Of a stretch of DNA of 64,000 nucleotides, positions 45,831 through 63,926 are shown piece after piece. The translations under genes and the position numbers were made by a program. Source of the stretch: the human T2T-CHM13v2.0 reference genome, Homo sapiens; assembly GCF_009914755.1 (NCBI RefSeq), contig NC_060935.1; one strand, given 5' to 3'. Positions within the stretch are counted from its first letter, which is position 1. The number at the start of each line of letters is the position of its first letter. The notes beneath the pieces were generated by a model that worked only from the letters and a program-made list of their open reading frames with translations, was not told where the DNA came from and ran no database searches.

Positions 45831-46224
45831 TGCCTGTCATCATCATGGTCATATTCAAAGTGAAATTTCTTCCACATCTGACCTTGGCTATTTTAATATA
45901 TGTGTTACTAAGCAATATAATGTATTTTAAAGAAAAATACGGTGATATGCCACTTTCAAAGAAACAAAAAAGATGTGCATTATAAATTTTAGATCATAGG
46001 TGAAATTGTACTTATTATCAATTCATTAGGTGCATACAATACACATTTAGATAGGAGCATTGTTAATTCATTTTTAGAGTTTTTGACCACTTTCATACAT
46101 TTCAAAATGGCTTTGAAGACATAACTGCAGTTTTCATATTTTTCATACTTTAGCATTTTGGTACATGCCATATTAGAATGTATCTTAGACATCTGATAAG
46201 TGTCAAGATTTCCCCCTTACTCTG

Positions 46225-46700
46225 TTATCTAGCAAATATTGAGTACCTGGTATGTACCAGGTGCTGGGGATATAACAGTGAAGACAATCTAGATGCCTCT
46301 GTCATGGAACTTAGATTTCATTGTTTGGGGAGATACTGGGGAGGAAAGATTGGACAAGACAACACATAAAATAACAAGATAACTTCAGATAGTAATAAGT
46401 GATGAGAAGAAGAAAATGGGATGATGGGGTAGAACATGCCTGGAAGGACTAATTTGGGTTGTGTGGTTATAGAAAGCCTTTGTGAGATGACATTTGAGCG
46501 AAGACCTGAGATGAAGAGTCCTGAAAATCTGGGGATGGATTTTCTAGTCAGTGGGGACAGGAGTTCAACTGCATCTTAGACCTGATGAACTTGGTATATT
46601 TGAATTCTTACAAAAGATGAATATTGCTAAAGGATGGTAATTAGGTAGAAGACTAATAAAGTAGAGGAGGGTGGAAAGATAGCCAGGACCTATCTTTCAC
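46225..46700 (-). mobile_element. L2 fragment
   Basis: caaatattgagtacctggtatgtaccaggtgctggggatata... Confidence 0.6.
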
Positions 46701-47299
46701 AGATAGCCTTGGGCATCATTTCTTACTGAGTCTGTGAAGCTTGATGCCGTAAGCAAAGAGAAATATGGAAAATAAGTGGTTGGTATTAACGGTGTGGCTT
46801 TTAGGAAACAGGCAAAATATCCTGGAAGATTTTTATTGGGGATTTGGAAGTATAATAAAATAAATAATCATTAACTTTGTATGCCGTGGGGAGAAACCAG
46901 GTCTGATTATTGACTTCTCTTTAGGGAAACATCAGTTTGTAAAATGTGTTTTGAAAGCAGCAGAGGAGGTAATATGGGCATACTACTCTTTCCCTCCCAT
47001 TAATTCTTTAGACTTCTTCTTTGATATTTTACTGAGAGTGTGGGGTTTTCCCCCTGTATATATGATATTTGTGATGAAGAAAGGCAAATAATTTAGCTAG
47101 AGTTCAACACTTTGTTTCCTACTCTTTGGTCAAAACATAAATAGTATTTGGATACCTTATAGTAACATACAAGGAGAAGTGACTAGAGAGAGCTTGTTTG
47201 GTTAAGATCACTCATTTAAGTAGATTAGAAAAGTATACCTATGGAGAAGCATCCCTTGGAAGGTAAGACTAGGTTATTTTATTTAGCCTTCTTCTTGGT

Positions 47300-47718
47300 T
47301 GCAATGGTTTGGATGCTTGTCCTCTTCAAACCTCATGTTGAAATTTGATCTTCAGTGTTAGAGGAAGGGCCTAAAGGGAGATATTTGGGTCATAGGGATG
47401 AGTCCCTCACAAATAGATTAATGACTTCCATTGGGGGTGAGTGAGTTCTCCATTAATTCCTGGAGGAGCTTGTTGTTAAAAAGAGCCTGGTACTTCCTTC
47501 CATCTCTCTCTTGCTTCTTTTTTTGTCATGTGGTCTATGCACACTGGCTTCCCTTCACCTTACCCCATGAGAGGAAACAACCTGAGGCCCTCCCTAGATG
47601 CAGATGTCCATTCTTGAACTTTCCAGTCATCAGAATCATGAGCCAAATAAATCCTTTTTCTTTATAAACTACCCAGCCTCAGGTATTCCTTTATAGCAAC
47701 AAAAAATGGAATAAGACA
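47300..47718 (+). mobile_element. MST (MaLR) solo LTR
   Basis: tgcaatggtttggatg...ataaactacccagcctcaggtattcctttatagcaa...aagaca; 5-bp TSD ttggt/ttggc. Confidence 0.85.
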
Positions 47719-47799
47719 TTGGCTAAGTCCTATTATAAATATATATAAGTATTTAAATGTGTTTTTTACATATGGGGACAGCTTAGAGTCTCAAATATT

Positions 47800-48235
47800 A
47801 GACGTACCTAAATGTAATACATGGCTTCTAGACTGGATTCTATAAGCAGTACTATAAAGAATGTTATTGGATCAGCTGACAAAATTGTACTAGTACAGTA
47901 AATCTGATGCAGGTATTTAGTGATGTTGATTTTTCTGGAGTCGATAACTATAGTGTGGTTATGTAAGAGAATATTCCTCATCTTAGGAAATTTACATTGA
48001 AGAATTTAGGACTAAAAAGCATGATGTAAGCAACTTACTCTAAAAAAGTTCAGGGGTGAATTATATATATATATAGAGAGAGAGAATGTAGGTGTATGTT
48101 AATAATAAAACAAATAGGACAAAATTTTAACAATAGATGGATCTGGATAAAGGACATATAGGAGTTCTATGCACTAATCTTATTTTTGCACCTCTTCTGT
48201 AAGTTTAAAATTATGTCTAAATAAAATACTAAAAA
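47800..48235 (+). mobile_element. Old L1M(E) 3'UTR fragment
   Basis: gtggttatgtaagagaatattc...ggatctggataaagga...cttctgtaagtttaaaattat...aataaaa. Confidence 0.55.
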
Positions 48236-49639
48236 TGGGTTAAAGTTATTTTTTGTTTAAAAATAATTTCAAAATGTAGCTATATCTCATTGTCAGAAAT
48301 ACTATCAATTCTATGTTGAGTTTATCAAGCAAAATTCCAATGTTAGTACAATGATCAAGTGTTAAATATTGGGTTACAAACTAATATTTTTTGAATCTAG
48401 AGGTAGAAAAGATTAGTGTGGATTGGATGTTAGAACTGTGAAAAAAAAGTGCAGAGTGGTGAGGTAGTTAAGAGAAACTGGAAAGAATGAGCTGGTTGAG
48501 AATTCAGAATTGGAGAAGGTAAATTTAGTAGTTACCCATGTAAATGCTACCATTGTAGAGCAATGTTTTGTAGTCTTTTGCAGTCTTCCTGAGGATACTT
48601 ACCATGTTTTATTGAATTTTAACGTGCACATTTTTTTTCACATTAAAAAAATCTCTGAAATCAGGGTGTACCTTATAATCAGTGGCATCTGATAATCACA
48701 TCGGTGTGGATTAAAGTCAGTTTTTCCATATAAGATTTGTGGTTTTGCCTGTAACCTGGGGGCACTACCAGTAACCTGGAGGCACTACCACTTTTCTTCT
48801 GCCAGTAACCTGGGGACAGTACCAACCTGAAACTATTTTAAATTATCTTTTGTGTTTGAGTACTTGGACCACCCTAGTGTGAATTCGGATTACAGATTTG
48901 TGTGTGTTCTGGCTGGTGGTTCAAATTTGGAGAGGAGATAGCACCTCTCTCCCCCGCACCACTAGTGCCAAGATTGAGAAGACAAATTCCTGTGCTGTTG
49001 CTTTCCTTGTAATAGGTTTATTTCCCCTTTACTCTTATACGTTTTTTGTCACAGTCTTCTTATGAGGGTTCCTGTTAGACTATTGGATATTTTTTGTTGT
49101 TTTCAGTTATATATGAAAATAATGGTGATAAAAATACTTTTTTTCCTGCTTAACTTTGGTGTCCTTGCTTTTTGGATATATGTTCTTAATTGTATTATTC
49201 CTATTCATGGTTTCACAGATATCTTTAATCTCACCCTATCCAAAGGAATTCTAAAGGTAAAATAACACCCTACATTGATAGCTTGGTCCATTAAGTCATT
49301 TGTCTTGGGGAAAAGTTGTAGCATAAAGTCATAGTCAGTTTTTGGTTAGGAGGACCTTATAGAAGAGATGAATGAGCATACATACACCCTGGAGTTAGTC
49401 CAAGTTTTGGATTCTCTGAAGCTTACCTCTGTAACTTAATCTTTCTGAACTTTAGTTTCCTCATCTAGAGAATGGTTTGTGATATTACTGCTCTGTTAAT
49501 GTTATTGTGCTCCTTCAATGAGATAGTGTATATAAAGGTCTAGTGTGGGCTCTGGCAGAGATGTGGTGCTGAATAGATGATTTATTTTTTTGATTGATTG
49601 TGATTGCCATTATTTTTGGTTTCCTAGGACATCCTCTTC

Positions 49640-50190
49640 CACCCAGTCCCTCTTCTTATGGAAATATATCTTGTCCAACCATCCCCTCCCACCAACCACG
49701 AGAGAGGTGGGCACATTATTCATCCTGGCCAATTTAGATTAATCCTCTAAATATAATGGTAGGTTCACGTCTGAGTGGGCATGTGACCAAAGTCCATCAG
49801 AGTCTTTTCCCATCAGGATTGATATACAGGGAATGGGGGAAGAAAACCTCTCTACCGGAATTACAAAGGTTGGATTTAGATCCAAAGCCACTGGCAACTA
49901 CCATCTAATTCCATATGGAGAAGTCTGCTTAAATAATGAAGCTAAGGAGAAGCTATCAAGGATAAGAGATGGAGGTTGAGGGTTGGGGAGGGCGAAAAAG
50001 AGAGGGAGGAGAGAGACAGAGACTGAGGGAGATCCAGTTCCATTTTTTTAGGCTATCCTTCCTATAGCTCTTCTTTCAGAGATATGCCAGTCTCCTTTCC
50101 AGCTTTGTGAACTAGTAAATGCTTTTTTTAAAAAAATGTGGTTTAAGTTGGATTTCTGTCACTTGCAGTGAAGAGTTCTGATGAATATGA
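49640..50190. mobile_element. MLT1-type MaLR LTR
   Basis: gggcatgtgaccaaag...agttggatttctgtcacttgca. Confidence 0.5.
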
Positions 50191-50655
50191 TAATGGTGTT
50201 ATTTGCCCAAAGAACTTTTCTTGCTCAAAGAACTGCCTATATTGCTTTCTTGCTAACTTGTTAAAGACTAGTATATAATAGGCTATTACATAGAGGATGA
50301 ATGCCTGGAAAAAGAAATAAAAATTATGATTTTTTTAAGGAAGATCTCTGAGTTTAAGATTTTTTCCATGTCACATTATTATTTCTAGTGATGCTATAGG
50401 GATACCGTATTGCAAGTAAACATCTATAGATGTACAAAGAAAATTTGCAGTCTTAATTTTAATTAGAAACCATTTACCACATTTAGAAGCTCTGATTAAA
50501 GATATAATGGATAAAAGGGATAAAATTACATTTGCAGTTATTTGTTTTTAATCTTTAATGTCCCTTCTTATATGACTCTCAGATAGAGTGAGCAGGGCCC
50601 AACTTGTCTGAAGCTTAAGAGGTGACCCAGAATATAATTGAGAGGACTAGAAAGG

Positions 50656-51051
50656 TATATTAGACTATTCTTGCATTGCTATAAAGAAATATCTGAGATG
50701 GAGTAATTTATAAGAAAAGAAGTTTAATTGGCTTACAGTTCTGCAGGCTGTACAGGAAGCATAGTGCTGGCATCTGCTTCTGGGGAGGCCTCAGGAAGTT
50801 TTACTCATGGCGGAAGGTGAAGTGGGAGCAGGCACATCATATGGCCAGAGCAGGAGCAAGAGAGTCTGGTGCGGGAGGTGCCGGACTTTGCAACAATCAT
50901 ATCTCAAGAGAACTCACTCATTATTGCAAGGATAGCACCAAGCCATGAGGAACCCGCCCCCATGACCTAAACCCCTCCCACCAGGTCCCACCTCCAACAT
51001 TGGGGATTACAATTCAACATGAGATTTGTAGGGGACATCCAAACTATATCA
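50656..51051 (-). mobile_element. MST (MaLR) solo LTR
   Basis: tatattag...gcattgctataaagaaata...ggggattacaattcaacatgagatttg...aaactatatca. Confidence 0.85.
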
Positions 51052-51374
51052 AAGGGCAATGGATCAGTGTCAGCATTCACTGCTGGTAAAAACAGTATTT
51101 GTATTCTTAATTTGGTTAGTCTGGATAGGAGCCAAAGATTCACAGCATGGCCGTATTCACTTGGAAGTTTGCAATTTGATTAAGGTTTGAGAACATGTCA
51201 GGGAAGGAAAGAATTTCCTTTAAAATCATCCTGCACACTGAATACCTAAAGTAGTACAAATAATTTGTTATGGCCTGAGAAGCTAAGAAAAAATTTAGTC
51301 ATTCTTCTAAGTCCAAGAATGGCTGTAGGGGATAGTACATGAGTGACTATCCTGTCTACTTCTGTTTTCTGTTT

Positions 51375-51672
<298 letters not shown>

Positions 51673-51733
51673 CCTGTTTTCTTTTTTGAGGTGCGTTAAA
51701 TATTTACATTTTACCTGGAGTTTGGAAAAGTAG

Positions 51734-52093
<360 letters not shown>

Positions 52094-52561
52094 TGATTTA
52101 ACCAATTTTCTTTGCAAGCAATTGTATAGGAGAATTAAATACAAATCCTCCTACTGATGTCAGATTTAGATAATGCCTTAATATGATGTAATATCTTAAA
52201 TAGTGAACTGTTTGGTTATACCTTGTGCCATGATTTCCTTAATATATCTCATAAAGTTGTACAAAGAATAAGATTGAGATGCTTTACTGTTAGGCACATA
52301 GACATTTATGTAACATTCATTTTAAAAAATTTGAATACCAATTATGTGTAAGGTACTAGGATAAACACAAAGGATACAAGAAGTCTTTGCCTTAGGCCAA
52401 TACATTCTGATAGAGTGTTAAAATAGTTACACAAGTATCTGTTACTCAAAGCATTAATTACATAGGTGTTATATATATTAAGTATATAAACATTATGTAT
52501 ATTAAGTGCCTTGTGCTGAGTATCAACTAAGTGTTTTAAGATCAGAGTCCATTTGGGGTTT

Positions 52562-52973
52562 GTGATGGTTAATTTTATGTGTGAACCTCACTGGATCACG
52601 GGATGACCAGATATTTGGTCAAATATTATTCTGAGTTTCTATGAGAGTGTTTTTGGATGAGATAGATGGATTATGAGTAGAGCAAAAAGGCAGACTCTCC
52701 CACATATAAGAGAGAATTCTTTCCTACCTGACTGCCTTCAAACTGGGACATTGGCTTTTTACCTGCCTTTGAACTTGAACTGAAACATTGGCCCTTCCTG
52801 GGTCCCAAGCTTGCTGGCCTTCAGATGGAAACTATACTGCCAGCTTTCTTGGTTCTTAATGCTTCAGACTTGGACTGAAACTAAACCATTGGTTCTCCAA
52901 CTTGCTCCCACAACTCTGCACATGTTAGGTCAGCCTCCACAATCATGTGAACTACTTCCTTATAATAAAAAAT

Positions 52974-53011
<38 letters not shown>

Positions 53012-53053
53012 ACATACTATTGTTTCTGTTTCCCTGGAGAACTGTAATTAATA
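52562..53053 (+). mobile_element. MLT2 (ERVL) solo LTR with (CA)n
   Basis: tgtgatggttaattttatgtgt...ccagatatttggtcaaa...ttctgtttccctggagaac. Confidence 0.8.
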
Positions 53054-53671
53054 AAGGGTGACTTGGAAAGGCATCACAGAGGAGGTGGAATTTAAGCCAG
53101 AGGCTAAACTATCGTATAAGCAGGATTTCAGTAGATAAAGATGGTGAAGAAAAACACTACAGGCAGAGGAAATAGGGTATGTGATGGAAGCAGTCTCAAG
53201 TAGTATAATTTGGCTAGAGTTCAAGATGTTTCTACTGTTTTTTTGCATTTCAGAAGAGTTGTGGGAGAACACCAGTTTTACCACAACCTGGCTAGTACTT
53301 GGTGGTAGTGTGGTAGTGGCAGTGGCAGTGCGCGTGTGACTTTTTTTTTAAAAAATGACTGTAGCAGGTTGATTGATGATTGGTTAAAGAGGAAGTCTGC
53401 TTTCTCAGCATTCTGGTTAATCTAACCTGAGATCATTTTTCATTACTCTATCATGCTCCAGTCCAGGGGAGGGGAGGGTTATAGTCAGAAAAAAAGACCG
53501 TATAAATGTGTATATATATGTGTGTGTCTTGCTATTTGTATTGGTTCTCATAGTTTGCAAAGTGAATATGATGACATTCTTCCCTTGGCCCTATTTTTAG
53601 CTTGCTTTTCTCTTAGTGGACCTAAGTTATGAAATAGCAAAGGTTTATATAGCTTTGAAATTCATGTTTTT

Positions 53672-53836
53672 AGCTGGGCGTGGTGGCAGTGCCTGTCGTC
53701 CCAGCTACTCAGGGTATTGAGGCAGGAGGATCATTTGAGCCTGGGAGCTCCAGGCTGCAGTGAGCCATGCCTACACCTCTGCATTCCAGCCTGGGTGACC
53801 CAGCTAAACCCTGTCTCAAAAAAAAAAAAAAAAAAA
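53672..53836 (+). mobile_element. Alu right monomer / 5'-truncated AluJ
   Basis: Single arm with polyA; TSD aaat(t/a)catgtttt. Confidence 0.8.
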
Positions 53837-53940
53837 GAAATACATGTTTTATACCCTCAGATTTAATTGCTTATTTTACATATTTGACCATCCATTTCCT
53901 GGGATGACTGATGCCCCAAGATGGTGCCAATGTGGAATGG

Positions 53941-54127
53941 CAGTACTGTTTAGTAGGACTTTCTCCAGTGTCCAGTGTGGTATCCACCAGCCACACATAG
54001 CTATTGAGTCCTTGACATATGGCTAGTGTGGCTGAAAAATGGAATTTTAAGTTTTATTTAATTTTAATTGATTTAAATTTAAATTGTAACATATAGCTAG
54101 TGGTTACTGTATGAGACATTGCAGTTC
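53941..54127. mobile_element. MER3-like hAT element
   Basis: ccagccacacatagctattgag...ggctagtgtggctga...attttaattgatttaaattt. Confidence 0.6.
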
Positions 54128-54459
54128 TGGAGCTTAAGAAGTTTTGGCTTGTTTCTAGCTCTCTGGTGTTGAGAAGGGCTGACCAAGCAGTATTTTCACT
54201 CATATTTAAAATATAATATCTTAAATATTCTTAAATATTCTATTGGTGATTACACAGCAAATGAATTTTGATATTGCCAATTCTTCAGTAAAATTAGGTA
54301 TTTATTAATTAATTGTTTATGTTCTGCCTCATTCCAAATAAAGATTGTATGTGAATGATAGGAAATGATCTATTAAAGGTACAATTATTAAAATAATGAT
54401 AAAAGAAAAAGAGCCATGTAACAAATGAAGTGAGAAGAGAAGCAAGAAAAGGGGAAAAA

Positions 54460-55183
<724 letters not shown>

Positions 55184-56089
55184 GTGGGAGGAGCCAAGAT
55201 GGCCGAATAGGAACAGCTCCGGTCTACAGCTCCCAGCGTGAGCGACGCAGAAGACAGGTGATTTCTGCATTTCCATCTGAGGTACCGGGTTCATCTCACT
55301 AGGGAGTGCCAGACAGTGGGCGCAGGCCAGTGGGTGTGCGCACCGTGCGCGAGCCGAAGCAGGGCGAGGCATTGCCTCACCTGGGAAGCGCAAGGGGTCA
55401 GGGAGTTCCCTTTCCGAGTCAAAGAAAGGGGTGACGGACGCACCTGGAAAATCGGGTCACTCCCACCCGAATACTGCGCTTTTCAGACCAGCTTAAAAAA
55501 CGGCGCACCACGAGACTATATCCCACACCTGGCTTGGAGGGTGCTACGCCCACGGAATCTCGCTGATTGCTAGCACAGCAGTCTGAGATCAAACTGCAAG
55601 GCGGCAGCGAGGCTGGGGGAGGGGAGCCCGCCATTGCCCAGGCTTGCTTAGGTAAACAAAGCAGCCAGGAAGCTCGAACTGGGTGGAGCCCACCACAGCT
55701 CAAGGAGGCCTGCCTGCCTCTGTAGGCTCCACCTCTGGGGGCAGGGCACAGACAAACAAAAAGACAGCAGGAACCTCTGCAGACTTAAATGTCCCTGTCT
55801 GACAGCTTTGAAGAGAGCAGTGGTTCTCCCAGCACGCAGCTGGAGATCTGAGAACGGGCAGACTACCTCCTCAAGTGGGTCCCTGACCCCTGACCCCCGA
55901 GCAGCCTAACTGGGAGGCACCCCCCAGCAGGGGCACACTGACACCTCACACGGCAGGGTATTCCAACAGACCTGCAGCTGAGGGTCCTGTCTGTTAGAAG
56001 GAAAACTAACAAACAGAAAGGACATCCACACCAAAAACCCATCTGTACATCACCATCATCAAAGACCAAAAGTAGATAAAACCACAAAG
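55184..56089 (+). promoter_or_regulatory. L1 5'UTR sense/antisense promoter, CpG-rich, intact YY1 motif
   Basis: gagccAAGATGGCCg at ~55191-55205; many retained CpGs. Confidence 0.85.
55419..55634 (-). CDS. L1 ORF0 (71 aa, antisense), intact
   Basis: MAGSPPPASLPPCSLISDCCASNQRDSVGV...TRFSRCVRHPFL, within ORF-track entry 55419-55703. Confidence 0.75.
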   Translation of the reverse strand: MAGSPPPASLPPCSLISDCCASNQRDSVGVAPSKPGVGYSLVVRRFLSWSEKRSIRVGVTRFSRCVRHPFL

Positions 56090-57106
56090 ATGGGGAAAAA
56101 ACAGAACAGAAAAACTGGAAACTCTAAAACGCAGAGCGCCTCTCCTCCTCCAAAGGAACGCAGTTCCTCACCAGCAACGGAACAAAGCTGGATGGAGAAT
56201 GACTTTGACGAGCTGAGAGAAGAAGGTTTCAGACGATCAAATTACTCTGAGCTACGGGAGGACATTCAAACCAAAGGCAAAGAAGTTGAAAACTTTGAAA
56301 AAAATTTAGAAGAATGTATAACTAGAATAACCAATACAGAGAAGTGCTTAAAGGAGCTGATGGAGCTGAAAACCAAGGCTCGAGAACTACGTGAAGAATG
56401 CAGAAGCCTCAGGAGCCGATGCGATCAACTGGAAGAAAGGGTATCAGCAATGGAAGATGAAATGAATGAAATGAAGCGAGAAGGGAAGTTTAGAGAAAAA
56501 AGAATAAAAAGAAATGAGCAAAGCCTCCAAGAAATATGGGACTATGTGAAAAGACCAAATCTACGTCTGATTGGTGTACCTGAAAGTGAGGGGGAGAATG
56601 GAACCAAGTTGGAAAACACTCTGCAGGATATTATCCAGGAGAACTTCCCCAATCTAGCAAGGCAGGCCAACATTCAGATTCAGGAAATACAGAGAACGCC
56701 ACAAAGATACTCCTCGAGAAGAGCAACTCCAAGACACATAATTGTCAGATTCACCAAAGTTGAAATGAAGGAAAAAATGTTAAGGGCAGCCAGAGAGAAA
56801 GGTCGGGTTACCCTCAAAGGGAAGCCCATCAGACTAACAGCGGATCTCTCGGCAGAAACCCTACAAGCCAGAAGAGAGTGGGGGCCAATATTCAACATTC
56901 TTAAAGAAAAGAATTTTCAACCCAGAATTTCATATCCAGCCAAAGTAAGCTTCATAAGTGAAGGAGAAATAAAATACTTTACAGACAAGCAAATGCTGAG
57001 AGATTTTGTCACCACCAGGCCTGCCCTAAAAGAGCTCCTGAAGGAAGCGCTAAACATGGAAAGGAACAACCGGTACCAGCCACTGCAAAATCATGCCAAA
57101 ATGTAA
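56090..57106 (+). CDS. L1 ORF1p (338 aa), intact
   Basis: Full-length MGKKQNRKTGNSK...YQPLQNHAKM, with REKG, ARR and YPAK(V)S motifs. Confidence 0.93.
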   Translation: MGKKQNRKTGNSKTQSASPPPKERSSSPATEQSWMENDFDELREEGFRRSNYSELREDIQTKGKEVENFEKNLEECITRITNTEKCLKELMELKTKARELREECRSLRSRCDQLEERVSAMEDEMNEMKREGKFREKRIKRNEQSLQEIWDYVKRPNLRLIGVPESEGENGTKLENTLQDIIQENFPNLARQANIQIQEIQRTPQRYSSRRATPRHIIVRFTKVEMKEKMLRAAREKGRVTLKGKPIRLTADLSAETLQARREWGPIFNILKEKNFQPRISYPAKVSFISEGEIKYFTDKQMLRDFVTTRPALKELLKEALNMERNNRYQPLQNHAKM

Positions 57107-57145
57107 AGACCATCGAGACTAGGAAGAAACTGCATCAACTAATGA

Positions 57146-60499
<3,354 letters not shown>

Positions 60500-61215
60500 G
60501 ATACCATCTCACACCAGTTAGAATGGCAATCATTAAAAAGTCAGGAAACAGCAGGTGCTGGAGAGGATGTGGAGAAATAGGAACACTTTTACACTGTTGG
60601 TGGGACTGTAAACTAGTACAACCATTGTGGAAGTCAGTGTGGCGATTCCTCAGGGATCTAGAACTAGAAATACCATTTGACCCAGCCATCCCATTACTGG
60701 GTATATACCCAAAGGACTATAAATCATGCTGCTATAAAGACACATGCACACGTATGTTTATTGTGGCATTATTCACAATAGCAAAGACTTGGAACCGACC
60801 CAAATGTCCAACAATGATAGACTGGATGAAGAAAATGTGGCACATATACACCATGGAATACTATGCAGCCATAAAAAAGGATGAGTTCATGTCCTTTCTA
60901 GGGACATGGATGAAATTGGAAACCATCATTCTCAGTAAACTATCGCAAGAATAAAAAACCGAACACCGCATATTCTCACTCATAGGTGGGAATTGAACAA
61001 TGAGATCACATGGTCACAGGAAGGGGAATATCACACTCTGTGGACTGTGGTGGGGTGGGGGGAGGGGGGAGGGGTAGCATTGGGAGATATACCTAATGCT
61101 AGATGACGAGTTAGTGGGTGCAGCACACCAGCATGGCACATGTATACATATGTAACTAACCTGCGCAATGTGCACATGTACCCTAAAACTTAAAGTATAA
61201 TTAAAAAAAAAAAAA

Positions 61216-61595
61216 AAGAAAATGTGGCACATATACACCATGGAATACTGTGCAGCCGTAAAAAATGATGAGTTCATGTCCTTTGTAGGGACATGGATGA
61301 AGCTGGAAACCAGTCTCAGCAAACTATCGCCAGGACAAAAAACAAAACACCGCATGTTCTCACTCATAGGTGGGAATTAAACAATGAGAACACATGGACA
61401 CAGGAAGGGGAACATCACACACCAGGGCCTGTTGTGGAATAGGGGGACGGGGGAGGGAATAGCATTAGGAGATATGCCTAATGTTAAATGACGAGTTAAT
61501 GGGTGCAGCACACCAACATGGCACATGTATACATATGTAACAAACCTGCACGTTGTGCACATGTACCTTAAAACTTAAAGTATAATTAAAAAAAA
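61216..61595 (+). mobile_element. Host L1 B, downstream part (L1PA4/5-like 3' end and polyA)
   Basis: Resumes at the duplicated aagaaaatgtggcacata. Older-type 3'UTR (gaagctggaaacc, gttaaatgac, aacaaacc). Followed by the outer TSD. Confidence 0.92.
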
Positions 61596-61899
61596 AAGAA
61601 AAGGGGAAAAATCTAGGAAAGTCTAGTCGAGGGTAGCAAAAAATCCATCTGTGTCAACTGGCAGATAGAGTAAAAAAAATAAATCCAATAAAAAAATAAC
61701 ATTTTTATGTAATGAGACATGCCATTGAGTCAAGAGAGAAACTTTTTCCAAAGACGAAACAAGGAGAAATTTATTCCGTTTTGTAAGATTTGTTGAGTAG
61801 TATAGTGGACGGCATCGTTTAATAGCAATTTTACAAATAATAGAGACATTTTTATCATATATTTACATCAAATCTTGGTAAAAAGTTTTTTGAAGAGCT

Positions 61900-62140
61900 A
61901 AAGCCTGCCAATAACCATGTGAGCGAGCTGAGAAGCAGATTCTGCAGAGCTAGTTTAGTCTTGAGATGACTGCAGTCCTGGCTGACAGTTTGATTATAAC
62001 CTCATGAGAGAACTTGAACCAGAGGCACTCAGCTAAGCCACTTTCAGATTCTTGACCCACAGAAACTGAGATAAAAAATGTTTGTTGTTTTAAGCTGCTT
62101 AGTTTTGGGGTAATTTTTTTATGTAGAAGAAGCTAACTAT
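61900..62140 (+). mobile_element. MLT1-type MaLR LTR 3' part
   Basis: gagatgactgcagtcctggctgaca...cagctaagcc...ttcttgacccacagaaactgagataa. Confidence 0.65.
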
Positions 62141-62686
62141 GTTATGATATTTTTTTTAGAATGGAGGTGCTTGGTGTTAAATGATAAATAGATACAGCTT
62201 TCTAAACCTTCAAATCTTATTTATGAAAGTACATTTATAGCCTTATATGTTTGAGGGTGTAAATATAGTTAGGAAAAATGTTGAAATTAAGTATTTTCAC
62301 TAGCCATCCTAAATGGCATCTGGCCATTTGAATGAATGAAAAATAGCTAATAACAATAGATAACATGTATTGAACTCTTTCTCTGTTTCAGAAACTATCC
62401 TAAGCATGTTATGGACATTGTATCATTTAGTCCTTACAGAATTGTATTGAGTACTTCAGACTTTAAAACCAAATCACTTTGACTCCAATTTAGCCATTGT
62501 ACTAACCATACTGTGATCAGGTAACTTCTGAGGTATAGAAATTCATGTGTTAAACATCTGAGGGATTCTTAAATTTTGATGGATGCTGGAGATATAGTGG
62601 TGAGCAAAGGGAGACAGAACCTCAGATCTCATGCCACTTACAACATTTTGAAGTACATAGACATTAATACAATAAATACATATTTA

Positions 62687-63053
<367 letters not shown>

Positions 63054-63686
63054 ACCAGTAAAAGCAAGTTTTTATTGTTGAAGAGCAATGGTATGCTTAC
63101 AAACTGAAAGAAGGGCAACAAGGTTATAGCACAGAAAACAAAAAGAAGAGTGGTGTGAGATTAGGCTGGAAAGATATGCATGGGCCAGACTAGCAAGGCC
63201 TTGGAAGGTGATGTTTTATTCTACTTCCTAAGGGAAGCTATCGAAAAGTTTTTAACAGATATTATGTTAAGGTTTTCTTTTTGAAAATATCATTGTAGTT
63301 AAAATATGGACATTGTAGACATGCCATAGTGGCTATGGGGAGACTCTTAGGAAGCTGTTGAAATAACCAAACAAAAAAGATGGACTAAGGTATTGGCAAA
63401 AGTTTTTTCAGAAATGGAGAGAAATAGACTTGAAAGATGGTTACAGGATAAAATCAACAGGACTTGGTGAGAAAATTGATTACCAGGGGGTTGGGGAGAA
63501 GGCATTGTTAAGAATGGTGAAAAGATTTCCTACTTGCCTATCTGTGTGTATGATGATGCTATTTATTAAGGGTACAGAACATTAATAGGAAGGGGGACAC
63601 ATTTGGTGGTAAAACTCATTAGTTAGCTTTTGCCGAATTTGAGATATGTTTGAGACATCCAAGTTTGGAATGTTGAGAAAGATGTA

Positions 63687-63926
63687 CAGGTTGAACATCC
63701 CTAATCTGAAAATCCAAAATCAGAAATGCTCCAAAATCTGACGCTTTTTGAATGCCTATAAGATGCTTGAAGGTCATGCTCAAAGGAAATGCTCATTTGG
63801 AGCATTTCAGATTTTGGATATTTGGATTAGCGTTGCTCAGCCAGTGTAATGGAATTATGTTATTCTAAATTCTGAAATATGAAACACTTCTGATCTCAAG
63901 CATTTCAGATCAGGATACTCAACCTG
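63687..63926 (+). mobile_element. Tigger4a (Zombi/MER46)-like DNA transposon
   Basis: TIRs ta|caggttgaacatccc...gatactcaacctg|ta. Confidence 0.85.
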
